In this document: positions 11,601-24,998 of the stretch, piece by piece
Position numbering within the stretch: position 1 is the first letter of the stretch
How the letters are laid out: each line of letters begins with the position of its first letter
Origin: Paragordius varius
Taxonomy: Eukaryota > Animalia > Nematomorpha
DNA length: 64,000 bases
Direction of reading: 5' to 3'
NCBI GenBank assembly: GCA_964247055.1
Contig: OZ176053.1
Coordinates: forward strand, 9,610,001-9,674,000
The notes under the pieces: generated by a model
Told to the model about the DNA's origin: nothing
Databases searched by the model: none
Seen by the model: only the letters and a program-made list of their open reading frames with translations
Position numbers and translations under genes: made by a program

Positions 11601-14600
11601 CAATAATTTTGTTGTTGCTACAATGGGGTGTATTCTATAATATTATTTCTCTATAATTTAGGTTAAATTAATATAAGTATAATAAACATACATGAAAAAT
11701 CGGAAACGTATTGGCAAGATATGTCCTTTTGATTGTTATGCACCACTTGTAATGTCATGGAATAATTTCCAGGCTGTATATTCTTTACGAAGAAGCTTGT
11801 ATTGTCATTCTAAAATATTTGATAGCCATCACTTAAGCAAAAGAGAATTTTACCTGTAAGGAATTAGTTAAATGGAAGTTTTGTGGGCCGGTTATATCCA
11901 AAATGGCTGAGTCGTTGACATTCCAAATCTCAGGCAAATCATAAGCGATAAATAAATTTGAATCATTTACAGCCCAAATATTATAGCTTTGAAGACAATG
12001 GCTTGATACTTTTCGATCAAAACAATTTCCTTTTTCCACTACTGCAATTAAAATTTAGATTCAAAATTATGCATATAAAATCAAAGGGATGCCCAGATTC
12101 ACCTATATTTATTTTAAAAATTTAAAAATGAATAAACCCACGATTTTAAAATAAAAGTTTTAATCATATAATATTTATATTTTAATATTGCAATAGATTA
12201 AAAATAATGGTGTTTTGTCATGCTTATATTTTATATATAACCAGCTTTTATGATATGCTAAATTACATCTGTTTTATCATTGATCGTTTATGTTATGACA
12301 TCTCGTTCGCATATGTGACCGCTTTCAAAAAATAGCCAAAATTTTTTACATATGTTTATACCATGTTCGACAATCATAATATTATGCTAATAATAAATAT
12401 TGAAATGTGAGATAATGTGAAATTTGTAAGAATAGGATTATTTTTAACTGGTTTTCATAAATTTTATGTTTATATACTAAATATTTTTTATTTAGTTGCA
12501 TAAATTAGTGACTGGCCATGATATACTCAGATCAGACCGATCATTATTATGTACGGATCAAATTTCAACCATAGCGAATGGATACATTTCAACCTTAAAT
12601 ATCTATATTATAAACTGATAGTCCAGCAATTATAGTACCTGTGTTTGGGACATCAATTTGAATGAAATAGCAGTCTTCACTTTGGTTTATTAGCGATGAA
12701 GTCAAATTTGCGTTAAATATAACACTATGAAATATTGTTGGATCACCATTTTGAGACTTATTTAGAGGTGCTATAAAATTAGTATACGCATATATACCTT
12801 CTGGGTGCATTGAAGCGTTAATGGGAATCTTAATTACATAGCTTGTAACTAATAATGTAAATTTTTATCATACTATTTTTTACGGGATCACCTAATATAA
12901 TAAAATATGTAAATATATAAATAAATATGGCTTGAGTCTAAAAATGCCGTTTTTAAAGGCATTTATGACTATGATTGTAACCACGCTCAAAAATAATTAT
13001 AAAACTTTTAAAATAGGCAAATTGATATTGTCAAATTGCAATTTATTAATTATAATTAATTTTTTCCATACACAATAAAAGTGAAGCTCAAAATTAAATT
13101 TTTCGCTAAACCAGTCGGTTCTATACCAAATATTTATATACATATATATATATATATATATATAATCATTGACTTAAATTATAAATATACCTTTCATGCT
13201 AATCAAACTATCATGGCTGTTGGATGCTATTTTGAGTGTTTTATTAAAATTTAATATAATAATATATAAATGTTTTACATGAATATGAAGTCTTTGTTGC
13301 ACCGATAATTGCACCAATCGCACCTAAATATAACTGTTTAATATTACCTCCGATTGCTGTTAACAAAATACCTAAAATAATTTACAAATTAAAAATGGTC
13401 TATAAAACCTCCGCCCATAACAATTCCTGAATGATTAATAAGTATTATTATTAAAATATACCTTTCCCAGCTTTAAAATTAAATATTATGATTATAACAT
13501 ATTTATTTTTAGATATTTGATTTACATACCCAATAATCCTATTTTTGCTATTTAAAGATATTTTATAGAATTATATGTAATAATACATCATATGAATAAA
13601 TCTCATTAATAGATGTACTTGTTACAGCCTTAAGGAGAGAGTTTTTTAGATCACCTGGGATTTTCGGGGGGTTGAAATTTTTAGGATTAGGGACTTTGGG
13701 TATTTTAGGTATCTTTGGTGCTATTATATATAAAAATCGATTTTTATATCCATTTTACTAAAAAAATCATAATCATTAAATTTTTATCCCTATTTAAACG
13801 GTAAGAATTAATTTCATTTAGTTTTAATAAAATAAAAAAATTAGATTTATCATATTCTTGGTTATTTTTTACGCAAACATTTTAAGCACCAAATATTTAT
13901 TTGAAATTAAAGTTCAAATTTGTAGCGAAAAAAGACCCTATTACAGCATCCATTTTATTGTTGGCCAATAGGTAATACAGTTGCGTGTAAGAGGTTAAAA
14001 AACTATTTTTTCCTATTATTTTTCACATTAAGACTTGGATACGACACATTCATTTTAGTCCTTTGATTCAAATTGGTGTAGTTTGATACCCCAGGCATGT
14101 GTTAAATTAATATGGAAATAACCGAAACCATGGCAAAAGTTTGCACTATAACATGAATGAGCCATAATATAAAAAAAATCATTGAAAAATACTTGATATT
14201 ACTTATTTTAAGGAAAAACCATAAGGTAAGAATTTAGTCAACATGACATGGGTGCATTAGTTAAATTAAAGTAGTACAAAATAAACCACTTTTTCTGTTT
14301 CTATCAAATTGTATGAGATTTAAATAAAAAATTCGCTTTTATTTTAGCTTAAAAATTAAATAATCATGTTATTTTGCAAAAATATTGGATTAAAATGGTG
14401 TGAAGGTAGTTTGATATGGAATTTTTTTTCAAAACTAAAATTTATTTAGATATTTCGGCTTATTTATATATCTTTAATTAAGATAGAAGCATTAATTAAA
14501 TTGGGACCGTTTCTTTCAGTAGTTTTTTAAAAAATCAACTTAAATATAGTCTAGGGTATTTAGATATACCAATTTGAATCAAAGTGTTAAATTGATGTTT

Positions 14601-17600
14601 TTGATTATGGAGAAGTTATATTTAATGCGACACGCTATATAACCAATTGGCCAACTATAAAGTGAATGGAACAAATATAAAGTGGGTACTGTATTATACA
14701 TAAAATTTTGATTTTTACAGATCAAACGTAAAGATATAGAGACAAATATTTTTTTCAAAAGACAACCATACCTTTGCATTAATATTTTCTATTGTAAATT
14801 ATATAATTGATTGTTTCCAATCATCTTGATTCCATCTATAAAAATAAATTTTAAAAGTATTGCAGTCTTTGAAAAAAATATTTGTCTTTATGTTTTTACA
14901 TTTTCTCTGTATAATTTCAATTTTTGCTGTATAATTGTTGGTATAAAAAATACACATACGCTTCTTATTTTTTTCTGTCTCCTTGCCCTCATTTGGATTT
15001 ATACGTGGTCCCTTCCCTAAAATATTAATTATAAATTATACATACTCATACTTAATCAGTATGCAAATCCTTGAAAAATAATTTATGGTAATTATGCATA
15101 CCGCTAGTGACTTAATTGATTTTAATTAGATTTCTAACTATTGATGTGCTTAAGGAGGGTTTAAACCTGGGATGTCAAACACACGGCCCTCCTAAATATT
15201 TCTTTGGTCCGCGATAAATTTCAAATACAAAATTTTACGTAATCCAAATAAAATTGATTTTTATAAACGATTTCGACTAATTTTTCGAATTTTGGTAAGA
15301 CCTAGCAAAAATAGTTAAAAATAGTAGTTTTTTTATGTTTAAAATTAATAAAATATTTGTTAATGCCCATATATTTTGCGACGGCATGTCGGATTTTCTA
15401 ATCCAAAAATTCGACCCGCGAAACCATTTGTGTGGCACACCACTGGTTCAAACGCTACGCGAACCTTTAAAGTTAAGAGGAGATATTATATGCTTTAATA
15501 TAAATATTCACTTTTAATAGATTTATATCTTAAGAGCTCGAAACGCTTTTATTGTATGGCTGAATTGTGTAAATTAATGGTAAATAAATTATATATTTGT
15601 AAATATATTGTATTTAGTCACTAAGAAAGGGATTGTTGGTTGCTTTTTTAGTACGCTGATTCTATAAGTACCCAATTAATTTTTTTTTATAATTTTATGT
15701 AAGGCATACCTGGATTTTCTTTTTCTGCCACTTTCTCCTTTTCAGTTTTATCGTTGGATGACCCCTGTTTCTTATCTAAGGATGTGTTGACCAATTATAA
15801 CCAAAGTTTATATTTAATGAATATCAACATTATCAAATCCATGAATATTGATTTATTTTACCCTCTTCTTTGGGGACATTTTCATTTGGTTGATTTTCTG
15901 AAACTTTTACTATCATAGAAACATAAATAATATCAAAAATTTAATAAGCCAAAAAAATATTTTTCAAATAGTTAAAAATATTATATTTAAATGTATAACT
16001 GTAATGATAATATTAGAAAACCTTAAATAATTAAGAAAACTCATTTTTAAAGCCAAATAAAAAAACTTTAAGATGCTACCTTTTTTATCATTCGTTTCTT
16101 CGTCAGAATCTTCGGGATGAGGTCTTTTGTTTTCGTTAGTGTTGGACGGTCCTGCATAAAAGTTACATCAAAGATTCTAACCTGGTTTCTCCTCAGATGG
16201 TCCAGCTTTCGGTTCTGTTGGTTCTTCTAATTCTTCGTCGCTTAAAACATCAGCCATTCTTCTCAAATCTTTCCAGTAAATATATGAAAAAATAAGGATA
16301 AACTTATAATTTTGTAACTTAATATATGATTAAATTTATTAATCATAATTCTTCTCACAATATAAACTCCTGTTGAAAACACTTTCTCTTGTTTCAATAT
16401 ACTAAAACATCCTCATATAAATAACTATATATAATTGAAAATAAAAGAATCGAAGCTAAGAACTTCAAAAGAGGGAAGCGGTATTTGGAAAATTAAACAA
16501 TCCAGTTTAACTAATTATTAGGTGTAGTGTGATATTTTTCCCCATCCGCCTATTCCCCTGACCTGCGCCATCTGACTATTACTTCTACACATCAATGGGA
16601 CACCGGCTCGACTTCACTAATTTAGAGAATGTTAAAAAATGGCTTGACGCAGGGTTTGCCGCAAATTACAATCAGTTTTTATGGCATGGAATATTACCTG
16701 AAAGATAGGCATGTGTGGAAGCCGTTGGACATATTTTAAATAAATACCTCTTTAAAATTTGTCACAAAAAACCGCTAAAGACTTATTGTTTTATTTGGTT
16801 GGTAATGCATTATTCAAAACTGCAATGAATCGAAACCAAAATATTGGTGTTTGGGGAAGCTTTCGAACAATATACTATATTTAAGTAAATTTGTTAAAAA
16901 CTTAACGGTAACTATTTCAAATGATAATGCTAAAATAAAAGACAATGTTTTGATATATAATAGTTAATGAAATACTTACGTTTGGAAAATTTTTTAAAAA
17001 TATTATATTGTTTATCACAAATATTATCAAAGTTATATAACTTTAGTGTGGATAGTATACGGTTAGATTTTAAATTTTTCATAATTTATATTGATGTGTT
17101 TGTTCAGGGCTAATTAAATCAATTATAATTATTATTAAGTTTTTGCTTTGCTGTCTTGGTTAAATCGATAATTCGTAAATTAGCTAAGGCTCTACGTTTG
17201 CTGACTTCAAACTCGCGATTAGATATTAACGGGTTGCTGTTTTTTTTCATGGGTGGAGTAAAGTGCTCAATTATATTTTTTTAACAAAGAAAATAGTTTG
17301 GACCACTTAAAACATTAACTTATTAATTTCGAAAAATGCCTCAAAACATTTTAAAAAATTGATAAAAAAACATTTCAAAAATATTTTGTTACTCTAATCA
17401 GATAATAAAATCACAACTTATATTTTAACGATTTTTTACCAGATTTTACAGCTGTTAATTCAAAAATGAAACTCCACTGTGATCCGAGCATTGATAAATG
17501 AACAATATATATTACTGAAGTTTAATTGGGTTTTCATTTTCAGAAGCTTTAAGTATTTTTTTAGCCCTTTTATAAGCTAATTCTCAAAATTTGCAGTATT

Positions 17601-20600
17601 ATCTTCAAAATAAATATCAAATTTTATAATCCAAATGGCCAGGTTTGGAAAAATGTATCAAAGCCGATATACATTTTAAATAAAAATTTTAAATAGCGAA
17701 TTAATAAATATTTCGTAAAAAAATAATAAAAATTATATATGCCATAGTAAGTTTTACCGTTATTGTTATTAATATCTGAAAATATAATTACCTCTTTGCA
17801 ATCCTTCAGCAGCTAATATATTGATTATTTATTTTAAATAAAAGGAATCGAAAATAAAACAGTAAAACCTCTATTTGCAAACACCCATTTTTCTTACATA
17901 TTTAAACAATTTTTTTTTTAAATAATGATGTTAAATTAAAAATATATCTTTAAAATCATTTATTAAGAAAATTTTGGATATAACCGGCGAAAAATTTATA
18001 TGACCATGATGAGAAGTTTTAAAGAAACACAAAATTAATTAAGGATTCGATTCTTACTGTCAAATACATGTTAACAAGCATTAGGTAAAAGAAACATTAT
18101 TACATTCAAAAGTTTAATTTTAATAAATAAAAGCAATTTTTTTAGGGTGTTGGGCCACACCGTATTTAAAGTTTTAACAACTTTTATATTATTGCCCTAA
18201 ATGGCACATTTAGTTCCCATTAAGCTGGATAATCATTATGGGAAGCTAAATATTTTATGTTATAATGATGTCAACTAAAGCATGTGTTTATTAAATTATA
18301 ATTTTTTTATATAAGCTCCGAAAATTTAGCATATGTATATTCAAATTTTCAAATTAAATGTTTTCGTAGATCATAAAGACTTATGGTATTTACAAAATTA
18401 TATTATGGTAATATATATTTTTTGTAAAAGAATTCTTCCTACATTCAATGAAATATGATAAATCACTACACTACGTCCAAAACAGGCGGCAATGTATCAA
18501 TATTATCATAATGCTTTTGGTTTTGGGGCTTACGACTGATATAATAAAGCTATTTGCACTTTTGTGAAAAGTGTTCCATATCAGAAAATGGCGAAATTTG
18601 AGCACATTTTTAAAAAAAAATTTGGTGAAAGATGAATGCTTTATTCCAAAAATTATCACTAATTTTATCAAAAACTTTTTATAAAAAGCAAAACAATATT
18701 TTTTAAAAAAATTACTTTTTATATATAAGCTTCGAAAATTCCAAATTTTTTTGCTTTTCTAAAATGGGCTAGTTCCCTTTAAATAGATGCAATAATGTAG
18801 GATTGCGCGATAAAAATTTTAGATATATACTATGTTTTGAATTTAAAAAATATTATTGATATAATGCAAAAATTTAAATTTTAGCAAAACTTTGTTGGAG
18901 CGTACTTTGGACTATTTTGAGGCATGATGGAAACGGTAAAAGCTTTTAAATATTATAAAAACAAATTTCTATAGATTTTGATGATGTTGAACTCTATGGC
19001 TGCGAAATAATCAGGCTCTATTGCTGAATTATTGTAAAATAACTTAATTTAAATTTAACAATTAAGACTAACAAATATTTTAATCAAAATTCTGAGGTGA
19101 TAGAAATGGTTAGGATCATCAATTATATAGAAAAAGTGTTTTTATAATATCTTAAATCGTTTTACCGTTTCCATCAGTATGTAGTACGCTTCATCAAAAT
19201 TTTGGTAAAAATATTTTTAAAAATTTTGCATTTTTAAAAATAATTTTTTTATGTCAAAATTTAGCATATATTTAAAAATTTTATCGCGCAATCCCGGCAT
19301 ATTTGCGTTTGTTTTAAGTGAACTAGCCCACTTTAGAAGAGCGAAAAATTTGGAGCTTTTGGAACCGACATCTAAAAATTAAAATTTTTAAAATTATTGT
19401 TTGCTTGTTATAGGTAGTTTTTAGTGATATATTTTAAAATGAAGCTTTTAGCTTTCACCAAATAAAAATTTAAAAAATGTGCGCAAATTTTGCAATCTTT
19501 TGATACGGCACTTATACCAAAAGTGTAAATGACTCGTAAGGGCCAACACCATGATAATCCAAATACAATTTCCTATCGAATATATATATATATATATTAT
19601 ATATATATATATATATCGATTAGATTTGTAAATTTGTATTTTTATGAATCATATAAACTTTGTGTTGGAGTTAATTAATTATCTGGTGATAACTGTAAAG
19701 ACTGAAAACGTGGTTATTTATATTTAACCTACCCATCCTTAATTATGATTAATGCAGACATATCCTTATACTAAAAATGTACATTACCTGCTGCGAAATC
19801 TTCAGATGTTATACCTAAAAAAGTAAAAATTGCATAATTTACTTGATACATCATCCAACCACTGGTCAACATCTATAAAGACAACCTTTCAAATTATAAT
19901 TGATACCGTTTGCTTGCGCTATGATATCTAAAAACGATAATTAATTTAAGATTATTATTATATGTTACCAACCTTGATTTTGGTCCACTTGATCTAAAAA
20001 ACATAATATAATGCGTTAAAATATTTAATCAATATTGAATTTTATTAAAAATTTTCATTATTAGTGCCTGTTACAAATACCTAAAAATGTTTTAGTTAAA
20101 TATTTTATATCACGAATCCAAAATTTATGGAAGCAATGTTTAAAAAAATTATCTTGTTTTTCTGTTAAGATTAAACATATTAATTTTTAAATAAAAATGA
20201 TTACACATGTAGACACTATTTGATATTATTTAAAAAATTATAATATACTAGAATATAAGATCTATTAAATGAATATTTTTTTATGTTTAGGTCATCAATG
20301 TTATTGTGCAACTTTTTTCAATGGTTTCAGTTTGTTCCATATTTTTAAACAATTTTCAAAAGACTAAAATTAATGTGTTGTATCCAAGTAATTAGGATAA
20401 CACCAGTTTGATATATAATATTTTTTATTATATTAAAAAATTAAAATAGAAATAAATTTTTTTCCACCAAATTTGCTTTTCTGCAAAAAGCGTCATAATG
20501 TGAATTAGCCTTATTACATTTGCCCCGCATTATGAGAAATAATCAACTTTTAATTGAATCAAATAAATTGCTTATACTCCAGTCAGGCGGTGGTGTCGAT

Positions 20601-21556
20601 ATAGCATCATTTACTTCTGGCATAGGGCTTAAAGGTTGTACCATATCATTATACATTTCATCTAATATGTTTTGGACAGTATTTTCAACACTCTCATTAT
20701 CATTTTCTTCCACCTCTAAGCGACGCAAAAAGAAAAATACAAATCATAATTAAATTTTTGAATTTTCATATTTATAACGCATTTAATTTAGAAACAACAC
20801 AGACTATCTTTATTGGTTATAAATATTGGCATAATAATATTTACCGAACGATAAACCTTCAAAAATGTATAAACTTAAAACGGTTTAAAGGTTAACGTAT
20901 TTGTTTAAAAGTATTTCTAGCTGTTTTGTCACCAAAATTATATTTTATAAATAAAAACTAAATCAAATAAAAAACATTTATCAGCAACTAAGAAAAATGG
21001 TGTGAAAAATAAGGTTCGAATGCAAATGTGTTACTATTAAGGTATAAGATATTTCTCATTTTAAATCAATATTTGTGTAACCTAGAAAAAATATAACCTT
21101 CAACTTCATCTACTTCATCATCGGTAGAATAGTCGTCTTTATTGAGAGTTAATCAAATTCGATTAAATAAAAACATTGTAAAATATATTTTTTAAACGAT
21201 GAGCAAAAATCATCGATAAAATGCACTTAGACATATCTTGAAGTAGAAAAATATAAATGTTTTAAAATTAATTATCAAAATAATTTAAAAGTATATTTTT
21301 CTTACCATCGTCAATGAATCTCCTAACTTTTTACATACATATATATATCGTTTAAAGAATATAATAAATGTTATCCTGATTTGACACATAAAAATTATTT
21401 TTTTAAAAAATATAATTAGTACCGAAGGGCCAGGCGTCTACAAGATATATTGGAGTTTAATAGTAGTTTATGTAGGACCTGAAAGAAACAATACAAGAAC
21501 CAAAGAACATAATTATTTAAAAAATCTAATAAAGGTAAAGTTTACATTATGACCAT
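8679..21556 (-). CDS. Gene A: unrecognised ~28-exon membrane-protein gene, paralogue of gene B. Exons high to low: [21546-21556, 21423-21437, 21306-21322 tentative], 21098-21136, 20578-20715, 19973-19993, 19907-19927, 19843-19872, 19788-19814, 17792-17812, 16182-16268, 16080-16151, 15862-15897, 15710-15775, 14960-15016, 13619-13720, 13462-13470, 13409-13426, 13348-13371, 13279-13323, 13191-13226, 12798-12848, 12639-12770, 11854-12041, 11692-11809, 11453-11485 (tentative), 8864-9027, 8679-8801
   Basis: Each exon is bounded by AG/GT on the minus strand and they join in one frame: DDYSTDDEVDEVEEVEENDNES...PPPDW...DLRRMADVLSDEELEEP...PKIPKIPKVPNP...GIVMGGGILLTAIGGAIGAIIGA...INQSEDCYFIQIDVPNTVVEKGNCFDRK...FFVKNIQPGNYSMTLQ...DILQGDYVCVYND...YLQIYPNATYSIFLQ...LEVGKEYLVAYKPQICKSRMGKFIITI*. 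Exon-by-exon similarity to gene B supports the model. The N-terminus is unresolved. Confidence 0.8.
9100..9900 (+). pseudogene. Degenerate mariner (Tc1/mariner) transposase in an intron of gene A
   Basis: Frameshifted mariner motifs in order: GRP...ELV..DQLTQT, HRIGTVDVKW (IVTGDEKW-like), NRFSKK...GIVHYKLLELGETV, RRQGKVILL.NNAP.HTA, HP..SP, and the C-terminal LPERW..VEA region. Confidence 0.85.
14029..14480 (-). mobile_element. M2 MITE in reverse orientation, in an intron of gene A
   Basis: TTAAGACTTGGATACGACACATTCATTTTAGTCC is the reverse complement of the M2 right end. Confidence 0.65.
15167..15445. mobile_element. hAT-type MITE with 8-bp target-site duplication (related copies at ~34983-35478, ~44312-44531, ~48700-48960 and 52119-52395)
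   Basis: CTGGGATGTCAAACACACGGCCC...CCATTTGTGTGGCACACCACTG, flanked by GTTTAAAC / GTTCAAAC (7/8 match). The family end CAGGGGTGTTCAAC..CGGCCCGC is typical of hAT/Charlie elements. Confidence 0.75.
16540..16850 (+). mobile_element. 3' fragment of a mariner transposase in an intron of gene A
   Basis: Frameshifted translation gives PHP(P/A)YSPDL.PSDYYFYTSMGH...FTNLENVKKWLDAGFAA...FLWHGI.LPER, the mariner C-terminus. Confidence 0.8.
18467..19600. mobile_element. ~1.1-1.2 kb palindromic MITE (family M1, TA-flanked, Tc1/mariner-like ends) in an intron of gene A
   Basis: Begins TACACTACGTCCAAAA. The two halves are imperfect reverse complements. Homologous to the other M1 copies. Confidence 0.75.
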
Positions 21557-21724
21557 TCAATTGATTTGAAAAATGTATTAAAATTTAAAATTGCAAAGAA
21601 CTAATCATCTACAAAGATATTAATTTGAACAGAGACGATGGATATGTTATATATATATATATATATCGATCGCGAAATTTTTTTTATTGAAAACCAATTT
21701 ATGCAATAATATTAATTAAATATT

Positions 21725-22230
21725 TTTAGGGTCTTATCACTTCAATACCAATTGGGAGTGGCGCGACATGATAAAATAAATGATTAAAAAGGGCAGAAAC
21801 ATATATAATGGAATATTAAAGCATATATAAAAAATATATAAATCAGCTTTTAGTTTAAAAATTTCCATATCAAACAACTTTGACGCCATTTTAGTACTTG
21901 TCCTATTTAAGATTCTACCGCTAAAATCAATGTAATTTGTTTATTAGAATCCTATTTTAATTTTTAACAGAAACTATGATATTTGCATTATTTATCTCAC
22001 ACACTCATGTTATGTTGTATAAATTTGGGCTTATTCCTAGAATAAGTATAAAGCCATTTTAGATGGTTCTATTTTACCTTTTGATGCCTGTATATTATAT
22101 GCGCTCAAACTTTAAAATGGTAATAAGTTCCATATTTTATAAAATTTTTGATTTAAAACAGGCCTGGGTTGCCAACTACCCCAATTGGAATTGAATAGAC
22201 ATGATTTGTAGTAGAATGTAAAATGAATTT
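21725..22230 (+). mobile_element. Degenerate M2 MITE between genes D and A
   Basis: Shares CATATCAAACAACTTTGACGCCATTTT and AAACAGGCCTGGG...CCCCAATT with the other M2 copies. Confidence 0.6.
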
Positions 22231-22650
22231 ACAGTATTAAGATTATTATCCACATCTTCTTTATTAACCACTTGATAAAGATTCCCAATTTGTGGAATCG
22301 AAACTATGATTTTACCATTTAAATTTGACTATTTTAATAATTATTTTAATTTATACCTATGTCAAATTCAAACATTTTTATTAAATTAACACCTCTTTTG
22401 ACACGTTGGGTTTTTTGCTTGATCGTAACTCGATGAAAGCTGTCATTGCTATTTTTTCTTCTAGAGCCAACAATGTAAATGGAGTTATTGGGACAAACAG
22501 AAGTTATGACAAGCCCAGCATGTATTTTATTTAAATGTTCATATTCTACAATTTACAAAATTTATATTACAAAATATAATTTAACTATATTTGACATGAA
22601 ATTGGAAAAAAACTATACTTGGATCGTATATATTTAACACATAATTTTTT

Positions 22651-24126
22651 CTAGAATTCACTCTGGATACGTGGTAGGAAATTAACGGGGCTGTTATATT
22701 TTCTATGAATATTAAATAAATATAAGTTATTTTTCAGGTAAATTTTGTTTTCATATACCTTTAAGCAAAAAGGTTTTGCATATAGACCTAACATTCCGAG
22801 CATTTTGTTCCAGATCTTTATTAGATTAGATATGCATTTTTAATGTACCTTCCAAATCGGGATAAGATTTCTTGAGCGTAAATTTAATTTTCAGTTTCTT
22901 TGGAATGATTGCCGTTATATTGTATTTAATAGCTATATAATTTTTTAATTAATATGTAAATAATAAAATTTAAGCGTCCAATTGGCCTCTAATAAGTATA
23001 AAATTTTAGACAAATTCGATGCACTTAATTTCCAAAATAGTGTGGTAGCCTTAAAATATAAAAAATTAAACTAAACATCTATAGTATCTTGCTTAATTTA
23101 TCAAATATGGATGCCTTTATTTCAAATTCGTTATCAAAAGTAAAGCGTTATTGAGGTTTTGCCAAATTTTAGCGGTTTTTTGGTAACTACCATAAAAATT
23201 ATTCAAATTTATCAATAAACCTATTTTTAAAAATGTCTGTTCAGCTGTAGATGACACTTTAAAAAATAAAACTTTTTAAGGTTGTATATAGTTGCGAACA
23301 ATATTTGATTTTGCGCAATAAAACATTATTTTTGAAAGTTATTTAATACTTTCATGGTCGATTTTTAAGGGATTAATTATCACCATCATTGACACGTTTG
23401 AATAAAGTTTTTGGCGCAAAATATTTTCCAAAGGAATATTGGGATCTCGCCAAAAAATTACAGTATTTTTTTGATATAATTGGCCATAGGTTACATGATC
23501 AATAAAAACGGAAGGTGCATTAATGATTGTATACCCTAAAAACATTCAGAATATATAAAAAATCTGAAAGTTAATTAAATATTAGATTTGCAGTCTGGCA
23601 AAAAAAATAAATGCAGGAATTAATGATAGCAATTCGGAACCATGCATGTGTTTTTTTGACTGGTAAAAAAATAAACTGCTAGTGAATGCAGATTTATTGT
23701 TCAGTCATCATTGCACAATTATAACACATGTTGTAAAAACAAACGAAATTAACCGTTTAATTTTGTTTTTTTAGGTCATAAATATATTAATATAATAAAA
23801 ATTAAATCAGATTTAATAATTTTAAATTTATTACTTTAAACTTAAGTTTTTGAAGTGATAAACATATGTTTAAAAGTTTTTTACATATTAATATTTTTAT
23901 AAGCGGTCACAGTTATAAATGTATTCTCAACCGCGTCACACTTCAAAATAATGTAAATTTTAACTTAAAAGAATTAAAAATCCTTCTTAGACCTAAAAAA
24001 TAAAAAAGTGACTATAACTGTATATTCTTTAATCAATGTTTTAAAATAATTTTTTATTATCATTAATAGGTTACCTCTTACGGAGAGTATTAGCGACACC
24101 AGAATAGGAAAGAACATGTTTGCCAT
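22651..24126 (-). CDS. Gene D: small multi-exon gene for a probable secreted protein, possibly degenerate. Clear exons 24075-24126 and 23350-23535; further probable exons at ~23080-23190, ~22960-23050, ~22850-22930, ~22788-22814 and 22651-~22706
   Basis: Exon 1 MANMFFPILVSLILSVR(G) looks like a signal peptide and splices in phase 1 to YTIINAPSVFIDHVTYGQLYQKNTVIFWRDPN...KIDHE. Terminal exons read SYPDLE|DLEQNARNVR|KYNSPVNFLPRIQSEF*. I could not join the middle exons without a frameshift. Confidence 0.55.
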
Positions 24127-24998
24127 ATATTTATCAAATAAAATTGAATAAAACGTTGATGAAATATTATATGTTTTTGAGGCAGGCTATCTTGTTCAAT
24201 AATCATTATTTACAGCGAGTTATTTGATTTTGTTCAATAACATATTTTAAGTAAACTGTTAAACGAGGATGATTTAACAAACAATATAGGGTTAAATAAA
24301 TAAAGAAATTTTAACACACAACTTATCCAATTCAAAAATCAGACGGGCCAAAAAATATATAGCCATTTAAAAATAATTTTTTTTAAATTTTACAAACGCA
24401 ATATAACGAATACGTATAATTATTTCATCAATTTTGCTTATACGTTACCAAAATTTAGAAAGACTCCTTTAGAGTTAAATTTAAAATTTGTTATGCAAAT
24501 TAAATTACTTAATTATTTAATAATTTTTCGAATTATTTCTGCTACAAAATATCTAGGAAGGCAGCTAGGACTATCCTGTAAAAAACAGATTTTTGTGTAA
24601 TTTGTTTCAGAAAATTGGTTTATAACTTTCATAGCTAAATTTCCTTTGATAGCAAAATTTTGAAATACTCCAACTGAACATAACTTGAGTGTTTACTGTT
24701 TAGCTTATATTAAACTTTTAAGCCTTAAGCGTGTAGCTTAACTATTAACAACAAAAAATATGCATCATCTGTTAAGAGCTTCGTTCCATGTTATTAGTGG
24801 TAAAACCAGGTTAATTTAACTTAATAGTTTCGGTTGTTTATCTAATTATGTGAGAGTTTATCCCTATATAAAACTTGTGTCTCCTAGATGTACAAATTGG
24901 ACCCAAAAAGTATTGACAATTTAAGTTAATACTAAGAATACACTTTTTAGGTATCTATCCCTAAATTAATTAAAACCATAAAGTGCCTAAATATGAAA

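Noticed and set aside
17120-17270. ~50-codon open minus-strand frame in a gene A intron
   Set aside because: No splice sites in a compatible phase and no counterpart in gene B.
22433-22534. Plus-strand MKAVIAIFSSRANNVNGVIG..., faintly like the Cu/Zn SOD or DHFR N-terminus
   Set aside because: No downstream exon with SOD His motifs or DHFR motifs could be found.
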